52,048 nt of DNA from Patescibacteria group bacterium (GTDB taxonomy: Bacteria > Patescibacteriota > Gracilibacteria > Peribacterales > Peribacteraceae). Both the position numbers and the translations under genes were made by a program. This document shows, piece after piece, positions 37,100 to 45,777 of the stretch (positions within the stretch are counted from its first letter, which is position 1; each line of letters starts with the position of its first letter). The notes beneath the pieces are model-generated. The model saw nothing but the letters and a program-made list of their open reading frames with translations, had not been told where the DNA came from and ran no database searches. The DNA is taken from the NCBI GenBank assembly GCA_018818235.1, contig JAHISE010000123.1:1-52048 (forward strand), given 5' to 3'.

Positions 37100-37221
37100 A
37101 CCATGATTAAAAGGATTATAGGATTATCATGATTTATAAATCTTAATTTTTCTATAAATATCAGGAGCTCTTGATTAGTAATCAAGATAATCCTTTAATC
37201 ATGAAAATCATGGTTCAGACA
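37093..37221. terminator. Long imperfect inverted repeat between the convergent kinase gene and rnpB (bidirectional terminator candidate)
   Basis: tgtctgaaccatgatt...aaaggattat (37093-37119) pairs with ataatccttt...aatcatggttcagaca (37187-37221). An inner 7-bp hairpin is cttgatt-agt-aatcaag. The kinase stop codon lies in the left arm. Confidence 0.45.
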
Positions 37222-37263
37222 ATGAAGCTATCAAAAACCAGAAGCCTTTCGGATTCATGGTTT

Positions 37264-37650
37264 TTGATCTGCTCTTTCTATACTCCGGGTTTTGTCCTCC
37301 CGCGTGAGCGAGATGGGTGATCATCTATCTGTGATCATGATTGCTCAATGACCTCAACTCATAATGAGTATGCGGAGGGGTAATCGGTATGACGGAATCA
37401 TCAAATGTTCCGATCACCCAAATCCTCCTTACACCACCTAGAGTTTACCGCCCTCGCCTATGGTGGCGGGGTCCTCGGTGCTCCGAGGCGTTTCACGCCC
37501 CACCAAAGGGGCTCGTCTCTGTGGCACTATTCCTACTACGTCTTTACCTTATATCTGACGCAGCGACGGGTGTTACCCGCTAGGCATTCCGTTGGTGCCC
37601 GGATGTTCCTCTCCCGCATACGCGGGAGCGATCACCTGAAAGAGCAGACC
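37264..37650 (-). ncRNA. rnpB: RNase P RNA, bacterial type A
   Basis: The minus strand carries GAGGAACAUCCGGGC (CR-I, encoded at about 37597-37611), GUGCCACAGAGAC, GGGGCGUGAAACGCC, GGUAAACUCUAGGUGG and ACAAAACCCGGAGUA (CR-V). P1 pairing GGUCUGCUCUUUC / GAAAGAGCAGAUC joins the two ends. Length is about 385 nt. Confidence 0.88.
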
Positions 37651-37698
37651 ACTATTATATGTCATTTCAAAGAAATCTTCAATATATTTGATGTTTTT

Positions 37699-37714
37699 CA
37701 TCAATTAATTGATA
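37699..37714. promoter_or_regulatory. Second copy of the 14-nt palindrome atcaattaattgat, in the divergent rnpB / tRNA-Thr spacer
   Basis: atcaattaattgat at 37700-37713 is identical to 838-851, upstream of the YerC/TrpR-like gene. Confidence 0.35.
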
Positions 37715-37763
37715 ATTGAGAACGGATAATTAATACTGGTATTTACTAATTCTCAATTACCAA

Positions 37764-37840
37764 GCCACCTTAGCTCAGTTGGTCAGAGCAACTCACTTGT
37801 AATGAGTATGTCCGGGGTTCGAATCCCCGAGGTGGCTCCA
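37764..37840 (+). tRNA. tRNA-Thr (anticodon UGU), CCA encoded
   Basis: Full cloverleaf. Acceptor GCCACCU/AGGUGGC, D arm GCUC..GAGC, anticodon stem ACUCA/UGAGU with loop CU-UGU-AA, and T arm CGGGG-UUCGAAU-CCCCG. Discriminator U followed by CCA. Confidence 0.95.
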
Positions 37841-39418
37841 TTCTGGAATGACTTTCTCCAAAATGGATTTCCTTACAGAATTAAGGGGTTTATCTAGGGT
37901 TTTGTTCAGTTCTAGCGGGCTTATTACCGATGCCATGTGCTCTTTACCCGTAGCAAGGGTGGAAAATGGCTGTGTTAAGCGCAAACTTACCACTTTATCT
38001 TTCAGTTCTAGCGACTGCCCTATTCTGTGAAGAATAATCAGACGTTCTTTACAGGTTGCAACTGCGTATCGTTCGCAAAGTTTCTCCAAAAATATCAGAC
38101 TGCTTATAAGTTCATCGCGCCATGTCTTTGTCGCGCTTCCGTAATCATCAATACGTTGTTTGCAATTTTTTAAATCATTTTCAAGGCTTTGCATTTTTCT
38201 GTCGAAGGTTTCCGTTGTAAGGGCATTGGGATTTACCAAGCGCATATCAATAAGAGTATCTATTTTCTTTTCGATTTCACTGTGTTCTTTATTAAGATTT
38301 TTAAGCTCTCTTTCTCTGCGCTTCTTTTTATCCGACTGCGACAATTTTAATTCATTAAGACCCCAGTCAATAAAAGACTGCGGTATATGAACTTTTTCAA
38401 TGAAGGCATTTAATTGCTTGTTTACTTCATCTTCCGTCAATCGGCTTCCTTTGTGGCAATTGCGTGAGCAACGAAAGTAATAATAAATGCGTGAACAGTT
38501 TTCACTCTTGATGATTTTCTCCTTAACTTCAAAAACAATACTTCTTCCACATTCCCCGCATTTAATAAGTCCTGGATACGGATTTTCATGTTGATGGCTT
38601 CTCGGCCTCCCTCTGTCACCCAGAATAATCTGAGCTCGATCAAATTCATCTTTTGTAATCATTGGCTCATGTGCCCCCTGCCAAATCTGTTTATCCCACT
38701 CAAACTCTCCATAATAAAACATTGAAGAAAACATGTTATATAGAGTATTAAGCGCGATTGGTTTAATTGTTCCTTTCCTCCCGACCCTAACAGTAAGCCC
38801 CCACTTATTAAGAGCAATCTCGTGTATCTGCTTAACGGTATATGCTTTTGTAAGAAGCAAGTCCCAACACTCACGTGCTTTATCAAAACGCTCAAGGTCT
38901 TTATAAATCTGCTTCTCACCTTTTATGCCTCCGTAATCATTTAGATATCCAAAAGGCGCTGTGGTTGGTCGCCATCCCTGTTTTACTTTCTGCACCATTC
39001 CCCGTTTTACATCTTTGGCAAGGTCGAGTGAGAACTGGGTTGCCATTCCAAACTCAACACTCATCTGTATAACATTATCAGAAGGAATATACGTTTTTTC
39101 AGAAGTAATAATCGCTTTAATGATTTCCTGTTGGAGCATCCACTGTATGCGTCCTCCATCAATAGGATTTCGCGCAAGTCGGTTAAGCCTCCAGCATACT
39201 ATTGCTTCCGCTTTTCCATCTTCAATAAGAGCAATTACTTCATTGAAGGACGAACGTCCAGGTTGCTTTGCCGATCTTTCCTCATCGTATTCTGCAACAA
39301 TTTCATGCCCCTCACGCTCGGCACGTTTTCTGTTTTCATCTCGTTGTCCTTTAATTGAAAGTACCTGTTGGTCTTCTTTGTCTTTGGTACTTTTGCGGTT
39401 ATAGATGATTACTTTCAT
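37793..39418 (-). CDS. Large serine recombinase (integrase)
   Basis: 541 aa from ATG 39418. Resolvase catalytic domain (IIYNRKSTKDKEDQQ ... CWRLNRLARN), recombinase domain, zinc ribbon (CGECGRS ... FRCSRNCH) and coiled-coil tail. The last 15 codons plus the stop (WSHLGDSNPGHTHYK*) are antisense to tRNA-Thr positions 37793-37840. Confidence 0.88.
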   Translation of the reverse strand: MKVIIYNRKSTKDKEDQQVLSIKGQRDENRKRAEREGHEIVAEYDEERSAKQPGRSSFNEVIALIEDGKAEAIVCWRLNRLARNPIDGGRIQWMLQQEIIKAIITSEKTYIPSDNVIQMSVEFGMATQFSLDLAKDVKRGMVQKVKQGWRPTTAPFGYLNDYGGIKGEKQIYKDLERFDKARECWDLLLTKAYTVKQIHEIALNKWGLTVRVGRKGTIKPIALNTLYNMFSSMFYYGEFEWDKQIWQGAHEPMITKDEFDRAQIILGDRGRPRSHQHENPYPGLIKCGECGRSIVFEVKEKIIKSENCSRIYYYFRCSRNCHKGSRLTEDEVNKQLNAFIEKVHIPQSFIDWGLNELKLSQSDKKKRRERELKNLNKEHSEIEKKIDTLIDMRLVNPNALTTETFDRKMQSLENDLKNCKQRIDDYGSATKTWRDELISSLIFLEKLCERYAVATCKERLIILHRIGQSLELKDKVVSLRLTQPFSTLATGKEHMASVISPLELNKTLDKPLNSVRKSILEKVIPEWSHLGDSNPGHTHYK

Positions 39419-39550
39419 AGTTAAGGTGGTTAAAAACCCAAAAGGGCGACCCTGGAACCCCAACATCGGTCGTAGGACTTAGTCGGCAGGATCGCCCTCT
39501 TGGGCGACTACATGAAAGACCTACGAGCTGTGATGTGGGGTTCGATATAA

Positions 39551-40819
39551 TTATAGCACAGGTACAGGTAGGACAAGTGTGCTGAATTTAGGATTCGGTT
39601 CATATATCCATGTTTTACCATCGACATCCTTTTCACGGTGAAGAACCCCAAGATGTACCAGTTGATCAAGGTGGCGCTTCACAGTCTTGTAATTCTTCTT
39701 AAGAATGTCAGAGCCTTCCTTTGCTGTGATCTTTGACTCCTCATGGAAAACTGCAAGTGCTTCTGCTCTCTGTACTGGCATGGATGAGAGGGCTACACGT
39801 TTGATGGTAAGAAACTCCGGTTCACCTACTTCCTCTTTGCCACGCACTATTGCAAGCGATCTGCATAATGCTTTAAGTTGATGCAATGCTCGGAAGGGTT
39901 CTTCTTTTTGTATCTCTTCAATTTCTTCAAATGTTTTTATTTCTCCTTCCTCTGTTTCAAACTGCTGTGTTTTGGAGCGCACTTCACCTCTGGCACGTGC
40001 AACCAATTCGGCAAGAAGGTTAAGTTGTTTACGGATTACAGGATCAACGGGGCTTATATTTACGCCATTTTTTTTAATACCATCACATAGAGCCATAACA
40101 TAGCCGGTTGCTATTTCAGATGCTTTTGTTACGCGTGTTTTAAAGTCGTCAGACCAAGCTATACCAAAACAATGTTCGCGTTGTTCATCTGTAAGCTCTG
40201 GAACTCTAATAGTAAGAAACCTTGCACCAACCATATTCATATATCGTTGTCGCAGATTTAGACCCATTGGAGTAACGCACCCAATATGTGAAAAGGTGGC
40301 TTCGTAGCGAATTGTACCTCTGGCACCACTATGTTTACTGAACGAGCCATCATAGATGCTTACAAGGTCACTTAGCAGTTGTTTTACAGTCTCCTCGGAG
40401 CGCCCAAAGAAGCTTGTGTAATCTTTGCATATAAAACAGCTACCATTGAGTTTCGGTAACAGGTCTTGTGGTTTCTCTTTCTTCCCTAATCCGCTTATAA
40501 ATGGATTGGCAGTTAACACATCAATCATAACTGTATCAGGTGCTTTGGAGAGCAATGACACAAGTTGTGTTTTGTTTGATGAAGGATTGCCTACGAGCAT
40601 TAACCATATCGGGTTTGTGCGTTCAATTTCTTTACTGATATAAACAGCAAGGATAACTTCTACTATGTCGTTATCAAGAAGCCCTATTGATTTGGTATGC
40701 TCCAATAAATCTTCCAGGAGGAGGGGTGGCTTTTTGCCACCCCCCATAGGAGTTTTTGTCCGAACGTCAGCCACTGGCGGGCTGTGTTTTTCGGGATCTT
40801 TTATTTGTGATTCAGACAT
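39551..40819 (-). CDS. P-loop NTPase-like protein with a C-terminal winged-helix domain (putative element replication/partition protein)
   Basis: 422 aa. Deviant Walker A LVGNPSSNKTQL, Walker-B-like CFICKD, and a C-terminal wHTH-like segment KKNYKTVKRHLDQLVHLGVLHRE. The family assignment is uncertain. Confidence 0.6.
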   Translation of the reverse strand: MSESQIKDPEKHSPPVADVRTKTPMGGGKKPPLLLEDLLEHTKSIGLLDNDIVEVILAVYISKEIERTNPIWLMLVGNPSSNKTQLVSLLSKAPDTVMIDVLTANPFISGLGKKEKPQDLLPKLNGSCFICKDYTSFFGRSEETVKQLLSDLVSIYDGSFSKHSGARGTIRYEATFSHIGCVTPMGLNLRQRYMNMVGARFLTIRVPELTDEQREHCFGIAWSDDFKTRVTKASEIATGYVMALCDGIKKNGVNISPVDPVIRKQLNLLAELVARARGEVRSKTQQFETEEGEIKTFEEIEEIQKEEPFRALHQLKALCRSLAIVRGKEEVGEPEFLTIKRVALSSMPVQRAEALAVFHEESKITAKEGSDILKKNYKTVKRHLDQLVHLGVLHREKDVDGKTWIYEPNPKFSTLVLPVPVL

Positions 40820-40959
40820 TTTCTAAGTTCGTTAAGAGATAAAGTCTTATAGCGCTTAAAACGCGGTTTGGTGTATCCGCAATACGAATCTGTCCATGTG
40901 AGCTCTTTGTCGAGCACTAAAATTTCAAATTTATTGTCATAAGAGTTATAATTAGACAT
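40801..40959 (-). CDS. Small hypothetical protein (52 aa)
   Basis: This ORF is below the track cut-off: MSNYNSYDNKFEILVLDKELTWTDSYCGYTKPRFKRYKTLSLNELRKCLNHK. It overlaps the start of the downstream gene by 19 nt and fills an otherwise empty gap in a co-directional gene string. Confidence 0.35.
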   Translation of the reverse strand: MSNYNSYDNKFEILVLDKELTWTDSYCGYTKPRFKRYKTLSLNELRKCLNHK

Positions 40960-41019
40960 GATTTAACAGGGGAATAAGTAAAATTGAGTGTCTAGCTCGG
41001 TTCGCTTGTTTCCCCTACG

Positions 41020-41181
41020 TTAAGGAGGTTTTTCTGGGTCTAAAACGAATTGCATTACATCAAGTAGGCTCTCTCCATATTCCCTGGCCTGTTCATTTGT
41101 GAGCTTTTGCCCGAACTCCTTTTCCCAAAGTTCACCAAATGTGCCGGCAGATTTATCTGTCAGTCTTATCTTTGATTCCAT
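41020..41181 (-). CDS. Small hypothetical protein (53 aa)
   Basis: This ORF is below the track cut-off: MESKIRLTDKSAGTFGELWEKEFGQKLTNEQAREYGESLLDVMQFVLDPEKPP. Its start overlaps the stop of the upstream gene (41166-41411). Confidence 0.35.
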   Translation of the reverse strand: MESKIRLTDKSAGTFGELWEKEFGQKLTNEQAREYGESLLDVMQFVLDPEKPP

Positions 41182-41411
41182 AATAGAGATTTAAGGTGCT
41201 TATAGGAGGAGAGCAATTGTGAAGGAACTATGAGAATTTCTCTTCCACTTGCAAATGACATCAGGAGCTCTTCTGTTCCGTCTGTCCTTTCAAAACAAAA
41301 TGCTTTCCTGTTTTCATTAATCTTTTCGATCCCAACAAGAGGAACGCCTGAGGCATATAAAAATGTCGCCTGAGGGAGATCTGATATTTGTAGAGTTTCA
41401 TAAGTATGCAT
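41166..41411 (-). CDS. Small hypothetical protein (possibly DUF5659-like)
   Basis: 81 aa. The pattern LQISDLPQATFLYASGVPLVG...KAFCFER...LLSSYKHLKSLL resembles small phage/plasmid DUF5659-type proteins as I recall them. This is not verified. Confidence 0.55.
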   Translation of the reverse strand: MHTYETLQISDLPQATFLYASGVPLVGIEKINENRKAFCFERTDGTEELLMSFASGREILIVPSQLLSSYKHLKSLLWNQR

Positions 41412-41484
41412 AAATTAATTGGGAATGTTGGCACGCCCAATTTTATTTATAAAAAGCAGAAACAAGTCCTGACTCAGACCTGAC

Positions 41485-42186
41485 TCAGACCTGACCTACG
41501 GTAATATTGGCCATCTCATTAAGATATTCCTCATTAACTCTGCAACCCCCGCTTGTGGTGGGCTCTAGGAACTCACGCCCCTTCGGGCTCTTTCCAACCT
41601 TATTGTTAATTGTTCGCAATGCTTGTTTAAATGGATCAGCCTTGCCTCCAATTTGTATCTTTTGCTCCTTTAATCTGATGATTAGCTCTTCTTTTAGAAC
41701 TATTCCCTCACGGTCAGGCAAGCTTATTAAGTCAATTAAATGTATTCCAAAGTTTTTTCTACGTTGTTTGGGATCAGTTAGCTGAACCCATTTACCACAC
41801 ACATGAATTCCAGCATTTTGACCATCGGCATAATATGCCCATGCTGGTTTAATGTTTTTTTGACAGTTATTTGACGGTATAGGATTATTGAATCTACTTT
41901 GAATCCAGTCCCTTAGCAACAAGAGGCCATTTTTAAAATTATGTGACATTGCTTCCCATTCATAAATTCTTTTCTCTTCTTCATGCCCAATTATCATTTC
42001 GTATTTTCTTGTATATTCATCATTAATATATCCAGGAATTTTACCTAAATTTGCACAAATTAAGGATTCCATCTCAAGAAGTTTAGCCATCCATCTTCTC
42101 CACTCAATATCTTTGTCAGATGGCATAGGCATCTGTCCCTCCAGAGTTTCTATCATTTTAAGATAATCATTTTCATTCATGCTCAT
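41485..42186 (-). CDS. Hypothetical protein
   Basis: 233-aa ORF in the co-directional string with no recognisable motif. Confidence 0.6.
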   Translation of the reverse strand: MSMNENDYLKMIETLEGQMPMPSDKDIEWRRWMAKLLEMESLICANLGKIPGYINDEYTRKYEMIIGHEEEKRIYEWEAMSHNFKNGLLLLRDWIQSRFNNPIPSNNCQKNIKPAWAYYADGQNAGIHVCGKWVQLTDPKQRRKNFGIHLIDLISLPDREGIVLKEELIIRLKEQKIQIGGKADPFKQALRTINNKVGKSPKGREFLEPTTSGGCRVNEEYLNEMANITVGQV

Positions 42187-42475
42187 AATGCCTCGATTCT
42201 ACACTCTTTTTGCGCGTTGAGGCATAAACTCCCCCTAAACATTTTCTACACGTGTATGGGGCAAAATTGACGCTATACAGGGCTTCGTACGGCTTACCAC
42301 AGTAGCTACAGAGGAAATAGTACCTGTATCCGTTTTTGAGGTTGGTTAGCTTGCCTATAACTCGCAATATTTGTGATCCGGCTCCCAGAGTCACCTCCAG
42401 TGAATTCTTTGGAATTGCCACTTTTACATCACGAATATGCAATTTCTCACACTGTTCAATTAGAGGCTTTCTCAT
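42173..42475 (-). CDS. Hypothetical zinc-ribbon protein
   Basis: 100 aa from ATG 42475 (track start is TTG 42523). It has a CSYC...CRKC pair. Confidence 0.55.
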   Translation of the reverse strand: MRKPLIEQCEKLHIRDVKVAIPKNSLEVTLGAGSQILRVIGKLTNLKNGYRYYFLCSYCGKPYEALYSVNFAPYTCRKCLGGVYASTRKKSVESRHYEHE

Positions 42476-43073
42476 TTTTTTTAGATAGAATGGAATCCTG
42501 ATTAATCTGCATGTTCTGAGCAACTATGGCATTCTTTGCTTTAACATGGATTGGTGGAGACGAGAGATTACGAAGTGCTTGTGAGAGACGGATTATTTGA
42601 TCATTAGCCATCTCAATTCCTTTACGTGTTTCCTGCATCAACTTGATGGATTTTTCGTCGTGAGAGTAGGAGAGGTGCGTATCTTCACCGCTCATATCAA
42701 TCTTGTATTTCGTAAATTGAAACATCCTTTCGTAGGATGCGACCATACTCCAAGCTGATACTAAGCGATCAATCAGTAAGCGTTTGATGGGTGTAGAATT
42801 ACCAAACTCAGTAGTGAGATCGCCTTGCAATCGTATTGTTGCGAGTCGCAAATCAGCATCAGTGTTTATGGGAGCAAGACCCCACTTCTTCACAACGTAG
42901 AAAGCAACAAATTTGTCTTTGATTGAATGATATTCCTCCTCTTCCAGCTTCGTACGCTTCTTATCACGAAGTTTCCAATAAGCCTCCTCCACCATCCGAT
43001 CCTGATAGTCCCCATCAGACTCTTTGAGTTTCTTTGGTTGTTCTTTTTTGATGATTTCGAGCATTTTAGTCAT
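42456..43073 (-). CDS. Hypothetical protein
   Basis: 205 aa from ATG 43073 (track start is TTG 43079). It is the first gene of the leftward module and is divergent from the rightward array. Confidence 0.6.
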   Translation of the reverse strand: MTKMLEIIKKEQPKKLKESDGDYQDRMVEEAYWKLRDKKRTKLEEEEYHSIKDKFVAFYVVKKWGLAPINTDADLRLATIRLQGDLTTEFGNSTPIKRLLIDRLVSAWSMVASYERMFQFTKYKIDMSGEDTHLSYSHDEKSIKLMQETRKGIEMANDQIIRLSQALRNLSSPPIHVKAKNAIVAQNMQINQDSILSKKNEKASN

Positions 43074-43105
43074 GCTCAAATTTTATCTAAATCCTTAGGA
43101 GTAGG

Positions 43106-43128
43106 TTGTCATGGACATAAAGTCCTAG
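43106..43128 (+). repeat. Junction motif copy a: TTGTCATGGACATAAAGTCCTAG
   Basis: Ends 8 nt before ATG 43137. Confidence 0.85.
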
Positions 43129-43136
43129 TTAAAGAT

Positions 43137-43763
43137 ATGATTGTCCCTATGAAAGAAGAAGAACATTCTACCAAGGCTGGAATAGTATCCGAACTTCTCG
43201 ATGGAATTATAGGGTGGATTCTAATTATTGCCATAATATGGGTAGAATTCGGTGGGATTTATCATTCTTTTAGTAAACACGGTATTACGAACGGGATAAT
43301 TGCAACTGCTGTGCCTCCTGTGTCTTGGTATAGATCAATCGAATTTTTCTTTCATAAAGACAAATTACCTCTTCCAATTGAGTATACTGAAGATAGAGAT
43401 AATTTCCTTGAATCACTCAAATTATTAAGGGAAGCAGCAGAACTATCTCAGCCACCCAACAAATCTGATATTGCCTTTGGTATTCCAATAGATCAAGAAC
43501 AACAAATATTCTCAATGATTGAAGAGGGCATAGAGCTAAGCAATAATGTAGGCGATGATTTTCTTGTTTTTGCTCATCCTGAACTAAAGAGATATTACAA
43601 AGATATTTTAATACGTGGTAATGAATTGTACTTTGAAGGAGCCCAAAATTCTTACAAGGACACCGGAGTATTAAAACAGATCACAGGAAATAAACTTGTA
43701 ATTGAGTGGATAGATTGGTGGAATGCAAACAATAGAAAAATCGGAAATAGAATTTTTGATTAA
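43137..43763 (+). CDS. Hypothetical membrane protein
   Basis: 208 aa from ATG 43137. TM segments are IIGWILIIAIIWVEFGGIY and GIIATAVPPVSWY. The track start at 42927 lies inside the opposite-strand gene. Confidence 0.6.
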   Translation: MIVPMKEEEHSTKAGIVSELLDGIIGWILIIAIIWVEFGGIYHSFSKHGITNGIIATAVPPVSWYRSIEFFFHKDKLPLPIEYTEDRDNFLESLKLLREAAELSQPPNKSDIAFGIPIDQEQQIFSMIEEGIELSNNVGDDFLVFAHPELKRYYKDILIRGNELYFEGAQNSYKDTGVLKQITGNKLVIEWIDWWNANNRKIGNRIFD

Positions 43764-43787
43764 TTTGCATTGCATTGGATTGGTTTA

Positions 43788-43810
43788 CTGTCATGGACAT
43801 AAAGTCCTAG
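43788..43810 (+). repeat. Junction motif copy b: CTGTCATGGACATAAAGTCCTAG
   Basis: Ends 18 nt before ATG 43829 and is followed by gagga. Confidence 0.85.
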
Positions 43811-43828
43811 GAGGAATAGGATTGTCTT

Positions 43829-44110
43829 ATGAGCCTAGAAGGATTACCAGTTGTATTTGTATCTGCTTTTGTTGTCGTATCTTTTGTATATGCATTTTTA
43901 TCTGCATTTACCACTGTATTTTATCGAAATAAATATCCCGAAAATTTAAGTAGAATAGAATCCGAAATACTGCAAGGAAGAGCAGGTATTGGAAAGAGGT
44001 TCGCATACTTCTTCTTCGGATTACTTTGTTCCTTCATGGCTCCACCAATTTATATTATTGCTGGATTGGTGACATTAATTGCATATCTAGCACATATAGT
44101 AATCGTATAA
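43829..44110 (+). CDS. Small hypothetical membrane protein
   Basis: 93 aa with 2-3 predicted TM helices (PVVFVSAFVVVSFVYAFLSAF, FFFGLLCSFMAPPIYIIAGLVTLIAYLA). Confidence 0.55.
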   Translation: MSLEGLPVVFVSAFVVVSFVYAFLSAFTTVFYRNKYPENLSRIESEILQGRAGIGKRFAYFFFGLLCSFMAPPIYIIAGLVTLIAYLAHIVIV

Positions 44111-44165
44111 TTTAGAAGCCACATTCCATCCAGTTTAAAATTCTCACACGTAGCATACGATAACG

Positions 44166-44188
44166 TTGTCATGGACATAAAGTTCTAG
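44166..44188 (+). repeat. Junction motif copy c: TTGTCATGGACATAAAGTTCTAG
   Basis: Ends 1 nt before the stop codon of the minus-strand gene 44190-44510. Confidence 0.85.
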
Positions 44189-44189
44189 G

Positions 44190-44510
44190 TCAACCATCCC
44201 AGAATTCCCGAAAGAATTGCTCATTTCTTTCTTTTACCATTGGATTAAACTTCCTGTTATTTTCTCTTATTTTCCACAAATACGACTCTTTATAATTTGA
44301 AGCAATATAATCTGAAAGATCATCTATGTTTTGGCATTCAAACAATATTGATTCAATAATCTTTTCACTACAGTAATCAAAAGGTGGTTTAGTAATTAAT
44401 ATGAGTTTCAAGTAGTCAGCAGTCGGCTTATCTGGCCTTTGCTTTTTTGCTTTATTGTAAAGACTCATACATGTCTTCTTAGGATCGAAAATTTTGGAGA
44501 ATAGTCCCAT
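44190..44510 (-). CDS. Hypothetical cytosolic protein
   Basis: 106-aa ORF on the strand opposite its neighbours. Confidence 0.5.
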   Translation of the reverse strand: MGLFSKIFDPKKTCMSLYNKAKKQRPDKPTADYLKLILITKPPFDYCSEKIIESILFECQNIDDLSDYIASNYKESYLWKIRENNRKFNPMVKERNEQFFREFWDG

Positions 44511-44541
44511 TCAATACAAGTATATCTACACATAGGAGTTC

Positions 44542-44566
44542 TTGTCTAATGGACACAAAGTCCTAT
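44542..44566 (+). repeat. Junction motif copy d: TTGTCTAATGGACACAAAGTCCTAT
   Basis: Variant with a 2-nt insertion. Ends 10 nt before ATG 44577. Confidence 0.75.
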
Positions 44567-44576
44567 AAGATAAATA

Positions 44577-44912
44577 ATGTTTACCAAGATGTTGAAATTA
44601 GGGATTAGTAAACGGCTACTAACCTATGCTGGAAGCAATACAAGTCTGATTGTTGCCATTTGCACTATTGTAACTATGTTTGTTGTTACTGCACATATGA
44701 GAAGTAATTTTAATTCTAGGGATGGCGCGCTAAATACAGCATTAAGCAAAAATGGAGGTGTCCCTGTAGAAAATGCTGAGCTATATCATAAAATTGATGT
44801 GGATAGGGGGAATTCCTTATACAGAAAAATATGGACTTACGATGCATTGATTCTTGTGAGCGGAGTATTACTTATTAGTGTGGCAAGAAGGCGGGAGACA
44901 AAAATAGATTAA
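44577..44912 (+). CDS. Small hypothetical membrane protein
   Basis: 111 aa with two TM helices (SLIVAICTIVTMFVVTA, ALILVSGVLLISVA). Confidence 0.55.
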   Translation: MFTKMLKLGISKRLLTYAGSNTSLIVAICTIVTMFVVTAHMRSNFNSRDGALNTALSKNGGVPVENAELYHKIDVDRGNSLYRKIWTYDALILVSGVLLISVARRRETKID

Positions 44913-44935
44913 TAATTGCAACAAGCCTATCTGTC

Positions 44936-45181
44936 TTAATACTCATAAATTCCACTACCACGTGTATTTCCTTCGTTATACATATCAATATAATCTTCTT
45001 CGGTATATTTAATGTTGCTTTTAGGTGGCACGACATAAGTATTTACACTTTTTTCTGGACGACCAACGAGGCCAAAAATATTTAAGAGCGTCCCAATAAC
45101 TATCACAACAATAAGCCAAACCAATAAGCCTTTGCCTATACTTTTCTCCATGTGAGACAGTATATCAAAATAATATCTCAT
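44936..45181 (-). CDS. Small hypothetical membrane protein
   Basis: 81 aa with one TM helix (GLLVWLIVVIVIGTLLNIFGLV). It lies on the minus strand. Confidence 0.5.
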   Translation of the reverse strand: MRYYFDILSHMEKSIGKGLLVWLIVVIVIGTLLNIFGLVGRPEKSVNTYVVPPKSNIKYTEEDYIDMYNEGNTRGSGIYEY

Positions 45182-45197
45182 AGACAGAAAGCACTAG
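45176..45197 (+). repeat. Junction motif copy e (degenerate): TCTCATAGACAGAAAGCACTAG
   Basis: Overlaps the start codon of the minus-strand gene and ends 20 nt before ATG 45218. Confidence 0.55.
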
Positions 45198-45217
45198 GAA
45201 CGAATAGAATACATTGC

Positions 45218-45451
45218 ATGAAAAAACTGGTAACAATCTTGAGCTTATTGATCTTAACTGCTTGCGGAAGCAGTGGCGGTTATTCTGATAATGAGTACGA
45301 GGAAGATGGCTACACTGGAAATCCTTATTCAGAAGGCACTGGGCATTATGCAGGATTTGAATGGGCAGAAAGAACCGGTGGTAACTGTAATGGAAATTCG
45401 CAATCCTTTAATGAAGGATGTGAGGAATATTATCAACAAATTGGAGAATGA
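45218..45451 (+). CDS. Small lipoprotein
   Basis: 77 aa from ATG 45218. Lipobox LILTAC in MKKLVTILSLLILTACGSSGG. Confidence 0.65.
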   Translation: MKKLVTILSLLILTACGSSGGYSDNEYEEDGYTGNPYSEGTGHYAGFEWAERTGGNCNGNSQSFNEGCEEYYQQIGE

Positions 45452-45714
45452 AAAAAATGATCGCATGCCTGGCTTTGGTTGTTCTTCTAAGTGGTTGTTA
45501 CAGCGAAGAAGATATTACTGATGCAGAAGATTCAATTTTAGATCAAGTTAGGGATCTTGTGTATAACTGCGAACAAGATCTTAGCTATGACGGCGTGTTA
45601 ATGGATGAAGGATGCCTAGAAGACGAATTCTACTATGATGGCGATATTTCCAATTGTGAAACCACACCAAGCTTTATGATAGTAGATGGTGACTGCATTT
45701 TAGGTGGACTATAG
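45448..45714 (+). CDS. Small lipoprotein
   Basis: 88 aa. Lipobox LLSGC in MKKMIACLALVVLLSGCYSEED. The start overlaps the upstream stop (ATGA). Confidence 0.65.
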   Translation: MKKMIACLALVVLLSGCYSEEDITDAEDSILDQVRDLVYNCEQDLSYDGVLMDEGCLEDEFYYDGDISNCETTPSFMIVDGDCILGGL

Positions 45715-45777
45715 GACACTCTATTTATGTGTAGAACGCTTTACGTGGCTAATACAAGGGAGTATAAATTATGCAAT

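Noticed and set aside
37355-37375. aactcataatgagtatgcgg inside rnpB resembles the tRNA-Thr anticodon arm (aactcacttgtaatgagtatgtccgg).
   Set aside because: It is an 11-nt exact core within an ordinary RNase P hairpin. It shows no flanking similarity, so coincidence is the likelier explanation.
37389-37719. ORFs 37389-37583 and 37405-37719.
   Set aside because: They lie entirely within or over the RNase P RNA gene on the opposite strand.
39532-39546. ggggttcga at 39537-39545 resembles the T-arm of tRNA-Thr and could be a remnant att repeat.
   Set aside because: Only 9 nt match, and the segment is fully explained as one arm of the local 90-nt palindrome. It would also delimit an element containing nothing but the recombinase.
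45700-45777. A possible tenth junction-motif copy upstream of the 266-aa repeat protein gene (ctataggacactctatttatg).
   Set aside because: It matches the consensus at too few positions to distinguish from chance.
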